A stretch of DNA of 64,000 bases from Malacoraja senta (lineage: Eukaryota): positions 368,280,001 through 368,344,000 of the forward strand of contig CM075977.1 of assembly GCA_038087875.1 (NCBI GenBank). The letters run 5' to 3'. The notes under the pieces are model-generated. The model was not told the DNA's origin. It did no database searches and saw only the letters and a program-made list of their open reading frames with translations. Positions 38,405-51,800 of the stretch are shown in pieces. Positions within the stretch are counted from its first letter, which is position 1. Every line of letters begins with the position of its first letter. The position numbers and the translations under genes were made by a program.

Positions 38405-41400
38405 TTTAAGAAGGAACTGCAGATGCTGAAAAATCAAAGGTAGACAGCAATGCTAGAGAAACTCAGCGGGTGAGGCAGCATCTATGGAGCGAAGGAAATG
38501 GGAACGTTTCGGGTCGAGACCCATCTTTAGACTGAAGTGAGGGTGTTGTGGGGGGGGGGGGGCGGGGCGGGAAGAAGAAAGGAAGAGGCGGAGACTGTGG
38601 GCTGAGGGAGAGTTGGGAAGGGGAGGAGAAAGCAGGGACTACCTGAAATTGGAGAAGTCAATGTTCATACCCTGGGGTGTAAACTACCCAAGCGGAATAT
38701 GAGGTGCTGCTCCTCCAATTTACGATGGGCCTCACTCTGGCCATGGAGGAGGCCCAGGACAGAAAGGTTGGATTCGGAATGGAAGGGGGAGCTGAAGTGC
38801 TGAGCCACCGGGAGATCAGGTTGGTTATTGTGAACCAAGCGGAGGTGTTGGGCGAAGCCATCGCCAAGCCTACGCTTGGTCTCACCGATGTAGAGCAGCT
38901 GACACCTAGAGCAGCGGATGCAATAGATGAGGTTGTAGGTGCAGGTGAACCTCTGCCGCACCTGGAACGACTGCTTGGGTCCTTGAATGGAGTCAAGGGG
39001 GGGGGTAAAGCGACAAGTGTAGCATTTCCTGCGGTTGCAAGGGAAAGTGCCAGGAGAGGGGGTTGTTTGGGTGGGAAAGGACGAATTGACCAGGGAGTTA
39101 TGGAGGGAGCGGTCTCTGTGGAAAGCAGACAGGGGACGAGATGGGAAGATGTGGCCAGTGGTGGGTTTTCATATCGAGGTGGCAAAAATGTTGGAGGATT
39201 ATTTGTTGTATGTGAAGAGTGGAAGGTGAGAACAAGGGGAACTCTGCCCTTGTTACGAGTGGGGGGATGGGGAGTGAGAGCAGAGTTACGGGGTATAGAA
39301 GAGACCCTGGTGAGAGCCTCATCCCTAGCAGAAGAGGTGAACCCCCGTTCCATGAAGAATGAGGACATCTCCGATGCCCTGGTTTGGAACACCTCATCCT
39401 GGGTACAGATGCGGCGTATACGGGGGAATTGGGAGTAGGTGATGGAGTCCTTACAGGAAGTAAGGTGGGAAGAAGTGTAGTCCAGATAACCATGGGAGTC
39501 AGTGGGTTTGTAGTAGATGTCGGTCAGTAGTCTGTTACCTGCGATGGAGATAGTGAGGTCTAGAAATTGTAGGGAAATGTTGGAAATGGTCCAGGTGTAT
39601 TTGAGTGCAGGATGGAAGTTAGTGGTGAAATGGATGAAGTCAGTGAGTTGTGTATGGGTGCAGGAGGAAGCACCAATTCAGTCATCGATTTAGCGGAGGT
39701 AGAGTTCGCGGATAGGGCCATGGTACGCCTCAAACAAAGATTGTTCAATGTACCCTACAAAGAGGCAGGCATAGCTAGGGCCCATGCACTTGCCCATGGC
39801 TACGCCTTGGATTTGGAGGAAATGGGAGGAGTCAAACGAAAAGTTGTTAAAGGTAAGGACCAGCTCCGCTAGGCAGAGGAGAGTATCAGTAAAGGCGATT
39901 GGTTGGTTCTGCGGTCGAGGAAAAAACGGAGGGCTTTAAGATCCTCCTGGTGGGGGATGGAGGTGTAGAGTGACTGGACATCCATGGTGAAGATGAGGGA
40001 ATGGGGGCATGGAAAACGGAAGTCATGGAGTAGACGAAGAGCGTGTGAGGTGTCTTGAACATAGGTAGGGAGGGATTTAACCAGGGGGGATAGGATGGAG
40101 TCGAGGAATGTGGAAATAAGTTTGGTGGGACACGAACAGGCAGTAACAATGGGTCTGCCATGACAGTCAGGTTTGTGGATTTTGGGGAGAAGGCAAAATC
40201 GGGCCGTGCAGGGCTGGGGAACGATGAGGTTGGATGCTTGGTAGGGCAGGGAGCCGGAAGTGATGAAGTCAGTGATAGTGGTAGAGATCATGGCCTGGCG
40301 CTCGTCTGTGCGGTCATGGTCCAAGGATAAGTAGGAGGAGGTGTCAAGTTCAAGTGAGTTTATTGTCATGTGTCCCTGATAGGACAATGAAATTCTTGCT
40401 TTGCTTCAGCACAACGGAACATAGTAGGCATTGACTACAAAACAGATCAGTGTGTCCATATACCATTATATAAATATATACACACATGAATAAATAAACT
40501 GCAAATAACAGATAATGGGCTATTAAAGTTCAGAGTTTTGTCCGAGCTAAGTTCAATAGCCTGATGGCTGTGGGGAAGTAGCTATTTCTGAACCTGGTCG
40601 TTGCAGTCTTCAGGCTCCTGTACCTTCTACCTGAAGGTAGTAGGGAGATGAGTGTGTGGCCAGGATAGTGTGGGTCCATGATGATACTGCCAGCCTTTTT
40701 GAGGCAGCGACTGCGATAGATCCCCTCGATGGTAGGGAGGTCAGAGCCAATGATGGACTGGGCAGTGTTTACTACTTTTTGTAGTCTTTTCCTCTCCAGG
40801 GCGCTCAAGTTGCCGAACCAAGCCACGATGCAACCGGTCAGCATGCTCTCTACTGTGCACCTGTAGAAGTTAGAGAGACTCCTCCTTGACAAACCGACTC
40901 TCCGTAACCTTCTCAGGAAGTAGAGGCGCTGATGTGCTTTCTTAATAATGTCATCAGTGTTCTCGGACCAGGAAAGATCTTCAGAGATGTGCACGCCCAG
41001 GAATTTGAAGCTCTTGTCCCATTCAACCATCGACCCATTGATATAAACGGGACTGTGGGTCCCTATCCTACTCCTTCCAAAGTCCACAATCAGTTCCTTG
41101 GTTTTACTGGTGTTGAGGGCCAGGTTATTGTGCTGGCACCATATGGACAGTTGCTCGATCTCTCTTCTATACTCTGACTCATCCCCATCAGTGATACGTC
41201 CCACAACAGTGGTGTCATCAGCGAACTTGATGATGGAGTTCGCACTATGACCGGGTACACAGTCATGAGTATAGAGTGAGTACAGCAGGGGGCTGAGCAC
41301 GCAGCCATGAGGTGCTCCCATGCTGATTGTATTGAGTCTGACACATTTCCACCAATACGAAGAGACTGTGGTCTGAGAATGAGGAAGTCGAGGATCCAAT

Positions 41401-42018
41401 TGCAGAGGGATGCACAGAGACCCAGTTCTGCGAGTTTGGTAACCAGCTTGGAGGGGATGATTGTATTAAATGCCGAGCTGTAATCAATGAATAACAGCCT
41501 ACTGTGAGTTTTTGTTGTCCAAGTGGTCCAGAGCGGAGTGGAGGGCCTGCTGAGAGTTGGCGCGTGGCCTCAGACCTGTAGAGATCAGCGCGCCAGACTA
41601 CCACGACACCTCCCTTGTCGGCAGGTTTGATCACCCAGTCTGGGTTGTTGCAGAGTGAGTGGAGGGCTGAACGTTCAGGGGGGAGAGAGATTAGAGTGAG
41701 AAAGGGGAGTGGAGAAGTTGAGGCGGTTGATGTCCCGCCGGCAGTTTAAAATACAAAGGTCTAAAGCCGGTAGATGGCCATGAGTGGGAGTTCAAGAGGA
41801 GGGGTCCACTCCCTTCCTAGCTCTCCCTCAGCCCACTCTCTGCCTCTTCCTTTCTTCTTCCCGCCTCCCAGCTCTCCCTCAGCCCAATCTTCCTTTTTTC
41901 TCCCCCCCCCCCCCCCACCCTCACATCAGTCTGAAGAAGGGTCTCGACCCGAAACATCGCCTATTTCCGCTCCATAGATGCTGCCTCACCCACTGAGTTT
42001 CTCCAGCATTGTTGTCTA
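38405..42018 (-). mobile_element. Penelope-like element (RT plus GIY-YIG) with 3' pLTR and inverted 5' pLTR, split by Rex1
   Basis: Peptides IKPADKGGVVVV, LLPKIHK, FTMDVQSLYTSIPH and LYIGETKRRL. pLTR at 38405-38640 and inverted copy at ~41808-42018. Flanked by caacagagtt(c/g)attg. Confidence 0.88.
40346..41550 (-). mobile_element. Rex1/Babar LINE, 5'-truncated, inserted in the PLE RT
   Basis: ORF 40530-41399 with KFADDTT and RFRNSYFPTAIRLLN. The PLE frame RQLS|DTSS rejoins across it. Confidence 0.9.
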
Positions 42019-42038
42019 ACAACAGAGTTGATTGATGA

Positions 42039-42144
42039 ACGTTGCAGTCTGAAGAAGGGTTTTGGCCCGAAACGTTACCTATTTCCTTCGCTCCATAGAT
42101 GCTGCTGCACCCGCTGAGTTTCTCCAGCATTTTTGTGTACCTTC
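42039..42144 (+). mobile_element. Solo pLTR fragment carrying a hammerhead core
   Basis: 14-bp direct repeat gagttgattgatga at 42025-42038 and 42145-42158. Core CUGAAGA-A-GGGU/GCCC-GAAACGUU at 42049-42076. Confidence 0.7.
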
Positions 42145-43189
42145 GAGTTGATTGATGAGCTCAGCATGAGATGGCTTTTGGATGTACGGTAATGAGAAGT
42201 ATTTGAATGAATACTCCAGGATGCTAATGGCATTAAGTAGGTACACAGTCAATAATATTGAGGAGGAGGAGGAGGAACAGGAACAGCAGGAAAGTAAATG
42301 GTTTGAATTCATAAGAGAGGGCTTTCCTGAATCAGCTGTATGTTAGTTATCTGAATCTTTGGATGTAATGGTACTCAATCTCAGACACAAATTCAATCTC
42401 CAGCCATAGATCAACATACATGAAAATGAACAGACAACCAACATCATTCAAAGAAGGTAATACACAGATCATATCACTACTAAAATAACAGATGCTCTCC
42501 TTTATCATATGTTGATATGCACTACATTCAATGGTGCAGCATAGGCTAAACAGCCACATCCAGTTTAACCAGTGGAGCAGACAAAATGTGTAGAAAGGAA
42601 CTGCAGATACTGGTTGATACTAAAGATAGACTCAAAATGCAGCATCTCTGGAGAGAAGGAATGGGTGACACTTCGGGTCGAGACCCTTCTTCCAGTTTAA
42701 CCAGTTATATGTCAGTGACCAATGCACACATGTCATGATTTTGTATGTGGTGCATGGCATTTTATCAACAGAAAGGGTTATTACTTTGTTAATATTGTGA
42801 TACCGCAGGTTTTGGTCGTTTTCTGAATATTTACAGCATGTTTAAGTTATTCGTAAGGTCAACATTTATTTCCCATCATTAATTCCTCACAAGTGAGTCA
42901 TCCTCTTGAACACATTTTCTGAGAAGGCACTTCACAATATTTAAATTTGTTGTTGCTGTTTGTTGTTCTCATTCATTCTCAAGTAAGACCATGACATCTG
43001 GACTGTGGTGTTCAGGGATGGTTGAATAGACCAATCTGAGCTCAAATACTCCTTTCACACAGGTGACAGAGGGATAGGAATGCTGTGGCATCAGTGGTTC
43101 TTGATTTTTGAGATTCTCATTCCCTCTTCTTCTATTCTAGCTTCCTCGTAAGAACAAGCACCACTTTTTTATGCGGACAATTCAAACAG

Positions 43190-43740
43190 GACAATCCAAT
43201 GCTATGGCTCCCAGTCGAGTGTGTCAATGTTGAGACTTTTCAGGGATGTATGAAGAGAAACTTTAAATCTCTTTTTCAGATTGTTTTTCCGCAGGCAGCT
43301 CTTCATAAACTTAGCTGGTTTGGTATTCTGTCATCAGACATTCATCTGACCTGTCCTGCCCCACCTGATTTGTGATCTTCTCAACAATGTGTAGATGACG
43401 GGGAGGCTTGTCTGGACAGAATCTGTGTGTCTGGAACCTTGTCTTTCCACTTGAAGTGAAGCACTCTGTGCAGACAGGACGTGAGGAAGTGGTTGAGCTG
43501 TCTGGCATGTCTGCTGTACACAGTCCATGCCTCACAAGCATATAGTAGGGTGTGTAGCCCGCGCGCACCCCCCACCTCTATCAGGCTGAAGCAGGGGTCC
43601 GACCTGGAATGTCACCTATTCCTTTTCTCCAGAGATGCTGCCTGACCCGCTGCGTTACTCTAACATTTTGTGTCTATCTTGCGTATGATATCAACATGAT
43701 GCACCTTCATCTTGGTCGTTAAGATGATTCCTCTTCATTT
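43190..43740 (-). mobile_element. RTE-clade LINE 3' fragment, interrupted by a pLTR piece
   Basis: Peptide TLLYACEAWTVYSRHARQLNHFLTSCLHRVLHFKWKDKVPD. Confidence 0.75.
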
Positions 43741-46700
43741 CCAATCTTTATAAATGTACAGAAGTTTAGTTTAGAGATACAGCATGGAAATGGTCTCTTT
43801 CGCCTACCGTGTCCATGATGACCAGTGATCACCCGTTCACGCTGGTTCTACGTTGTCCCACTTTCTCATCCAATCCCTACACACCAGGGCAATTTACAGA
43901 GGCCAAATAACCTCTAAACCTGCAAGTTTTGGGGATGTGGGAGGAAACTGGGTTACCGGAGGACACCCGTGCAGTCACAGGGAGTACGTGCAAACTCCAC
44001 ACAGACAGCACCAGAGGGCAGAATTTAAACCGGGTCTCTGGTGCTGTGAGGCAGCAGCTCTACCAGCTGTGCCACAGTGCTGAACAAGTATGCATCAGCT
44101 CAGTAGTACCACTGTGACAGTTCTTTACCTTCATGATGAAATTAGCTACCAAGACATATATTGATCCAAACTACCAACACCAATAAAACTCCTTTTTGAC
44201 AAAAATGTTGACGTAATTTTGGCAAATTTGACGTGGAAACTTTGGCATTTTAGAAGGAAAAATATATGCACAGTTTATTACAAAAGTGATTAAGATAGGT
44301 TCTCGTTAATAAATCACTATGAGGCTCATGCCAATGGTAATCCGCAGGAATCCTTTCTAGGACCTCTGCTATATGTGATATATAAACTACTTGGACATAA
44401 ATGTAGATGGGTTGGTTCATAATTGGTGAAGTTGTGGACAGTAAGGACAGTTGTTAAAGAATACACCTGGATATAGATCATACAGATATGAGCAGGGAAA
44501 TGGCAGATGGAGTTTAAACTAGCCAAGTGTGAGATGTGGCATTTTGAGATGTTGAATATAAGGGGAAAGTACACAGTTAATGGCATGACTTTAATAGCAT
44601 TGATATGCAGAGGGATTTTGGGGCATTGAGTATCAGTCAGGAAGTCACGTTGCACCTTTAGAGGACATTGGTTAGGACACATTTGGAATATTATATGCAG
44701 TTCTGATTGCTACCTTTACCGGAAGGATGTGGAAGCCAGACTTTTCTCTTTCAGCAACGATCTTAACCAAAGTTTGAAAATTATCCTGCTCAAATTTTGA
44801 CAATTACTTCCAACTTGCTTACCGCTAAAGGTTGACAATACGTGGATACGTAAGACATTTGACTCTCCATTAATTTTAGTAAGGCATTACTAAAATCCCG
44901 CGGACAGGCATCATTCATTAGGAAGGAACTGCAGGTGCTGGTTTACACCGAAGATAGACACAACGTGCTGGAGTAACACAGCAGGACAGGCAGCATCTTT
45001 GGAGAAAAGGAATAGGTGACATTTCGGGTCGAGACCCTTCTCCAGAGATGTTGCCTGAGTTACTGCAGCATTTTGTGTGTATCCCCGTTGATTGGTGCTC
45101 AGCTTTCGTCGGCACCAAGGGGGTTTACCGACAGCCACTGAATAAGGCGAGAGGTTCAGCTGATGGTCCCCGGCCCATCGGGGAATGGGTTCCTTGGGAG
45201 TTGGAGCAGAGTTTAGCTAGAGTTAGAGCTTCTTCTCCACGCTGGCTATAAGCCTGGGGCCTCCACTGCTCCGGGCCGGTGTCCCGTCAGTCCAGGGTCA
45301 CCCCGGACATCTCCGGCGGCCCCCGGACTGGGATGGGGCACTCGGGAGGGGACAGGGATGGTAGTGAGACTCCGCTCACAAATCTGCCTCCTGGGACTAT
45401 GCAGGAGAGTCGTGCATGGGTCGCCCCTGTATAATAACCCTGTATAACCCGGGAGGGCAGCCCGAGTGAGAATGAAACCCATACACCCAGGCTGAGGGGG
45501 ACCGGACTGTGATTTATTAGATTGTCACTGCTGAGATTTCTGCATGGACCAGTGGAGAACGGACTCCAGTAGCAATTCAACAGCGCTTGCAGCGCCGGAG
45601 ACCCAGTTCGATCCTGACTACGGATGAAACGCAGGTCTGTAAACACGCAGCAGTTCCGCTGCCAAGAATGTTTATCTCCAGTGACCTATGACCTGGGCAT
45701 GCGCAGCCAGAATACCAAACTCGCTTATTGCAACATTTAAGAAACAGTTGGACAGGTACATGGATAAGACAGGTTTAGAGGGATATGTGCCAAACGCAGG
45801 CAGGTGGGACTAGTGGAGCTAGGTCATGTTGGTCGGTGTGGGCAATTTGAGCAGGAGGGCCTATTTTCACGCTGTATGACTCTATGACTCCATAATGGAC
45901 TCTATGACTCCATAATGATAACCTATGAATACTTAACACAGCACTTGAGATATGTTAAATTGCCAAGACCATGAGACACAATGGCCTGAACACCAATTCC
46001 TGCAGGAATTAACCAACAATAACCAGTCACCACGCTAAACCATAGACACTTTGTGAATTTAACGAATTACTTATTCAGCTCAAGATATGCCTGCCATTCT
46101 TAGTGGACAATAACATATTGAATAGTGTGTTTGTCGAATCCTCTACAGCTTGTTTGTCAAATCTTGACAACATTATTTGAAAATCCACGTGATTACTGTC
46201 AGTCAGGTGTCTTACTTGCATCAACTTAGTAACCTCCTTGGAGGTTGGTAAGACAAGGCCTACCTTCCAAATAATCAAACTCACTGTTTTGTATTAACCC
46301 TTTCTCAGGTAGTCTTGCAGCGTAACTGTAATGATTCTTCCTACAACTTATTCGCCAGCTGAATCTAAACTAAGGTTTGTTCTGAAATCCTTCAGTAATA
46401 TGCACAATATTTGCGTCTACTTTGACCCTTTCAATTAGGGGGTTAGCAACACTATTCGAGGGAACAATACAATGGTAATAAGGAATCATCGACCAGGGTG
46501 AAGAATGGTTCAAAGAAACATCTAACATCCCACTTTAATTTATCAAGAGAATATTTTCAATACCTCTGTTTACCTGAATTCCAGAAAATTATTTTGTTAT
46601 TGCAATAGTAATTATCTGCTATATTTTTCTTCAATTACTCTTTAGATGTTCTCATGCCAACTTCCCAACTCTGACTGAGCTCAATAGGAGTCATAGTTTT

Positions 46701-46809
46701 GTTTTTATTAATCTAACCATTAACCAAATTAAGTACAAATATTATAGTGATTTGGTTTTAGGTATGATTTTTTAAATCATTTTTATTTTTATTTTTTATT
46801 TTATTAATC

Positions 46810-47960
46810 AGCAGAATTACACCATTCACCCATTGAGTCTATGCCATTGAATCATGGCTGATCAATCTTTCCCTCTCAGCTCCATTCTCCTGCCTTCTCC
46901 CCATAACCTTTAACACCCTTACTAATCAAGAATCTGTCAATGATTTGGCTTCCACAGACCTCTGTGACAATGAATTTCACAAATTTCTCCTCATCTCTGT
47001 TCTAAAGATACATCCTTTTATTCTGAGACTGTTCCCTCTGGTCCTAGACTCTCCCACTAGTGGAAACATTCTCTCCACATCTACTGTATCTAAGCCTTTC
47101 CCTATTTGGTAAATTTCAATGAGGTTCCCCCTCATCCTTCTAAACTCCAGTGACCACAGGCCCAGTGCTGTGAACTGCTCATCATACATTATCCCTCTCA
47201 TCCCTGGGATAATCCACGTAAACTTCCTCTGGACCCTCCCCAATGCCAGCACATCCTCATCAGATATGGGCCCCAAAACTGTTCTCAGTATTCCAAATGC
47301 AGTCTGACCAGTTCCTTATAAAGCCTCAGAATTACATCCCTGTTTTTATTGTGTACTCCTTGCAAAATGAATGCTAACATTGTATTTGCATTCCTTACTA
47401 CCAATACAACTGGCAAATTAACCTTTTGGGAATCCTGCACCAGAACTCCAAAGTTCCTTTGCATGTCCAAATTCTGAATCCTCTCCCCATTTGGAAAATA
47501 GTCTATGCCTTATTTCCTACTGTCAAAATGCATGACTGCACACTTTGTTACACCGTGTTCCATCTGCCGCTTCTTTGTCCACTCTCCCAACCTGTCCAAA
47601 TATTTCTGCAGAGTTTTTCCCCACACTACCTGCAGCTCCACCTATATTTTTATCATCCCCAAACCTGCAACAAAGCCTTCAATCTCCTCGTCCAAATCAT
47701 TGATATACAACGTGAAGAGTAGCGGCTCCAGCACCAACCACCAGAACTCAGCTAGTCACTGGCAGCCAACCAGAAAACTTGTTAAAACTCAGTTAATTGT
47801 GTATCCATGCTAGTATCTGCCCTCGAATACGATGGGCTCTCATCTTCTTGAGCAAGTGTGTGACACTTTATCAAAGACCGCCTGAAAATCCAGGTAATCA
47901 ACATCCACTGACTTTCCTTTATTTATTTCCTCAAAGAATTCGAACAGATTTGTCAGGCAA
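46810..47960 (-). mobile_element. CR1 LINE fragment
   Basis: Peptides YLDFQAVFDKV and LGLWSLEFRRMRGNL. Confidence 0.8.
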
Positions 47961-48197
47961 GATCTCCTTGTGGTTGTATCTTCCTTCATCTTCTTGTGGC
48001 CCGAGGAATAAAGTCCTAGCCTGCCCAACCTCCCCCTGTAACTCAGTGCCTCAGGTTCTGATAACATGCTCGTAAAAGATCCTGAAATCTTGAATTAGCA
48101 ATAACTATACAGTTCAGGCTAATCATATTGAAACTAATAATAGTGTGATAACTTACTGAAATGTTCCCCCAAATGCCTGAAAACAAAACAGAATTAC

Positions 48198-48940
48198 TCT
48201 ATATCCTGTAGCTCCGCTCTCACTCCCCATCCCCCCATTCGTAACAAGACCAGAGGCCTCCTTGTCCTCACCTTCTACACTACCAGTCGTCACATACAAC
48301 AGATAATCCTCCGACATTTTCGCCACCTCCAACGTGATCCCACCACTGGCCACATCTTCCCATCTCCTCCCCTTTCGGCTTTCCGCAGAGACCGTTCCCT
48401 CCGTAACTCCCTGGTCAATTCGTCCCTTCCCACCCAAACCACACCCTCCCCTGGCACTTTCCCATGCAACCGCAGGAAATGCTACACTTGTCGCTTTACC
48501 TCCCCCCTCGACTCCATTCAAGGACCCAAGCAGTCTTTCCAGGTGAGGCAGAGGTTCACCTGCACCTCCTCCAACCTCATCTTTTGCTTCTGTCCTGGGC
48601 CTCCTCCATGGCCAGAGTGAGTCCCACCACAAATTGGAGGAGCAGCACCTCATATTTCGTTCGGGCAGTTTACACACCAGCGGTATGATCATTGACTTCT
48701 CCAATTTCAGGTAATCCTTGCTTTCTTCCTCCTTCCCCTCCCCTTCCCAGCCCTCCCACAGCCTGCTGTCTCTGCCTCTTTCTTTCTTTTTACTGCCCCC
48801 CCCACATCAGTCTGAAGAAGGGTCTCAACCCGAAACGTCACCTATTCCTTAGCTCCATAGATGCTGCCTCACCCGCTGAGTTTCTCCAGCATTTTTGTCT
48901 ACCTTAGATTTTTCCCGCATCTGCAGTTCTTTCTTAAACA
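48198..48940 (+). mobile_element. Penelope-like element 3' fragment with pLTR
   Basis: Reverse complement of the 38405-39300 region with an internal deletion. Hammerhead core at 48812-48839. Confidence 0.8.
48812..48839 (+). ncRNA. Minimal type I hammerhead ribozyme core (PLE-associated)
   Basis: CUGAAGA-A-GGGU(CUCA)ACCC-GAAA-CGUC, with palindromic ACGU as stem III; stem I is weak. Intact cores also at 42049-42076 and 52604-52631. Confidence 0.55.
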
Positions 48941-51129
48941 TACTGTTAAAACTGGTTACCTTTAATTATTCATTGTATATGAGAAACAATCATTGATGAT
49001 CATGGTGTCCAGTAATTTAGTGGGAAATCATAAGGCCCCATTTTACATTGGTCTTTCTGATTCCAATGGGAGAGGTCATCTAGTACAGGCGTCTGAAAAA
49101 TAAATTTAGATTTTATTTGAACAGAATCAAAATAGCTTTTCTTTGATGAGGACCACACTTTGGTAGATTTTAATTACAGGAAGGCCATCCTGCCATCCAA
49201 TCCATGTGGCAAATCATTTCTATATTAAAAACAAAGAGGAATCAAATATAGGAGCAAAGAGGTCCTTCTGCAGTTGTACAGAGCCCTAGTGAGACCACAC
49301 CTGGAGTATTGTGTGCAGTTTTGGTCCACTAATTTGAGGAAGGACATTCTTGCTATTGAGGGAGTGCAGCGTAGGTTTACAAGGTTAATTCCCGGGAGGG
49401 CGGGACTATCATATTCTGAGAGAATGGAGCAGCTGGGCTTGTACACGCTAGAAGGAGTTTAGAAGGATGAAACATTGAAACATATAAGATTGTTAAGGGC
49501 TTGGACACGCTGGAGGCAGGAAACATGTTCCCGATGTTGGGGGAGTCCAGAACCAGGGGCCACAGTTTAAGAATAAGGAGTAAGCCATTTAGAACGGAGA
49601 CGAGGAAACACTTTTTCTCACAGAGAGTGGTGAGTCTGTGGAATTCTCTGCCTCCGAAGGCGGTGGAGGCAGGTTCTCTGGATGCTTTCAAGAGAGAGCT
49701 AGATAGGGTTCTTAAAAATAGTGGAGTCAGGGGATATAGGGAGAAGGCAGGAACGGGGTACTGATTGGGGATGATCAGCCATGATCACATTGAATGGCGG
49801 TGCTGGCTCGAAGGGCTGAATGGCCTACTCCTGCACCTGCTGTCTATTGTCTATTGTCTATTGCTGGAGTAACTCAGCGGGTCAGGCAGCATCCCTGACC
49901 CGCTGAGTTACTCCAGCATTTTGTTTCTTTTTTCGTAAATCATCTTCTGCAGTTCCTTGTTTCTACATGTCTATATTGACCCCTGCTGAGGTACCAAACA
50001 GACATCCTGTCTTCAGTTCTTGTTCTGTACAATAAATGGCAGCCTTGACATTAACTCGGCTGACAAGAAGGAATGATCGTGAAGAGGTTGGGAAGTGTCA
50101 GAAAGGCAGTGTCCATATTAGATACTAGGAATTGTAGATGCTGGTTGATAAAAATGTCCAGACACAAAGTGCTGGAGTAACTCATTGGGTCAAGCAGCAT
50201 CTATGGAGAACATAGGTAGGTGATGTTTTGGGTCAGACTGATTGTGGTGAGAGGTAGGAGAAAGTTGAAAGACAGGAGGGGCAGAACAAAGCCTTCCGGG
50301 TGGTAGCTTGATACGGGTGAGGGAAGTTTTTGAAAGGTAGATGTTTGGACAAAGACCAGAGATGAAAATACAAAAGATGTGAGATAAGGATAGAAGAGTT
50401 GTTCCTTGTGAAGCCAGATGGAGGAACATCAGTAGAAGGGGAAGGGAGAAAATGGTGTGCGTCCAGGTGGAGCACAGTTAAGAGATGGGGGTGGGGAAGG
50501 GGGGTGGGGGGATTGCACTCCTGCCTTTCTTATACAATAGTTGGACTCCTGCCTTCCTTAACCAAAGGAATAGCTCTAAACGTAGCTTTCTGGTATCAGT
50601 GCTCCAACAAGTTACAATTGCAATTCCACTGGGATCACGGGACTTTGATTTACCATTTACAAGAGCAAGCAACATGGAAACAAGGAAGATTGTGATTGTC
50701 CTAAGGGAAGCATGTCTCGTTGGAAACAAGGGAATGCAATGCACTTGGGCTTTTCCCATTACATGTCAAATTTAAAATCTCATAGTTTCTGAAGACAAAT
50801 TATGCTTTTTATTCCACTGAGCCTCTTCAGGTTCACAGAGCACCCTATCAGTTCCACATATTTTCCTACTTTGCTTCATCTCTACCTGCTCATCATCTTC
50901 TCTCTATTATTTTGTCATCCAACTACAATTAGGGGTATGATAGCAAGTTGGTCACATTACTAGACTTGCATTACTGAGACCTGGACTAATGATCTGGAGA
51001 CAAGAGTTCAAACCCCTTTATGGCACACGTGGAAATGAATTTCCAGGGGGGTACAATGGCACAGCTAATAGTGCTGCTACCTTACAGTGCCAGAGATTAT
51101 ATTTTTAAAACTTTAGTAATCATGTTCAC

Positions 51130-51800
51130 AAGTTCCCAAGTTATAGGAGTAGAATTAGGCCATTCGGCCCATGGAGTCTACTCTGCTATTCAATCATGGC
51201 TGATCTCTGCCTCCTAATCCCATTTTCCTACCTTCTCCCCATAACCCTTGACACCCATTCTAATCAAGAATTTGTCTATCTCTGCCTTAAAAATATACAC
51301 TGACTTGTCCTCCACAGCACTCTGTGGCATCGAGTTCCACAGGTTAACTATCCTCTGACTAAAGAAGTTCCTCCTCACCTCCTTTCTAAAAGAGTGCCCT
51401 TTAATTCTGAGGTTATGACCTCTGGTCCTAGACTCTCCCACCAGTGGAAACATCTTTTCCACATCCACTCTATCTATGCCTTTCATTATTCTGTAAGTTT
51501 CAATGAGGTTCCCCCATGAACCTTCTAAACTCCAGCGAGTAGAGGTCCAGTTATGTCAAAAGCTCAACATATGCTCACCCACTCATTCCTGGAATAATTT
51601 GTGTAAACCTCCTCTGGACCCTCTCCAGAGCCAACACATCATTCCTCAGATATGGGGCCCAAATTTGCTCACAGTTCTCCAAATGCAGCCTGACCAATGC
51701 CTTATGGAACCTCAGCATTACATCTCTGTTTTATATTCCAGTGATCTTGATATGAATGCTAACATTGAATTTGCCTTCTTTACTACTGATTCGACTTGTA
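51130..51800 (-). mobile_element. CR1 3' fragment
   Basis: ORF 51214-51486 is the CR1 C-terminus; same subfamily as 1890-2560 and 58826-59475. Confidence 0.85.

Noticed and set aside
42200-42330. Signal-peptide-like hydrophobic stretch FTFLLFLFLLLLLNIIDC on the - strand
   Set aside because: It derives from a (GAG)n microsatellite, has no in-frame ATG and only a poor acceptor.
45878-45917. Short tandem duplications (also ~14743-14777 and ~55264-55312)
   Set aside because: Ordinary local slippage, mostly at repeat tails.
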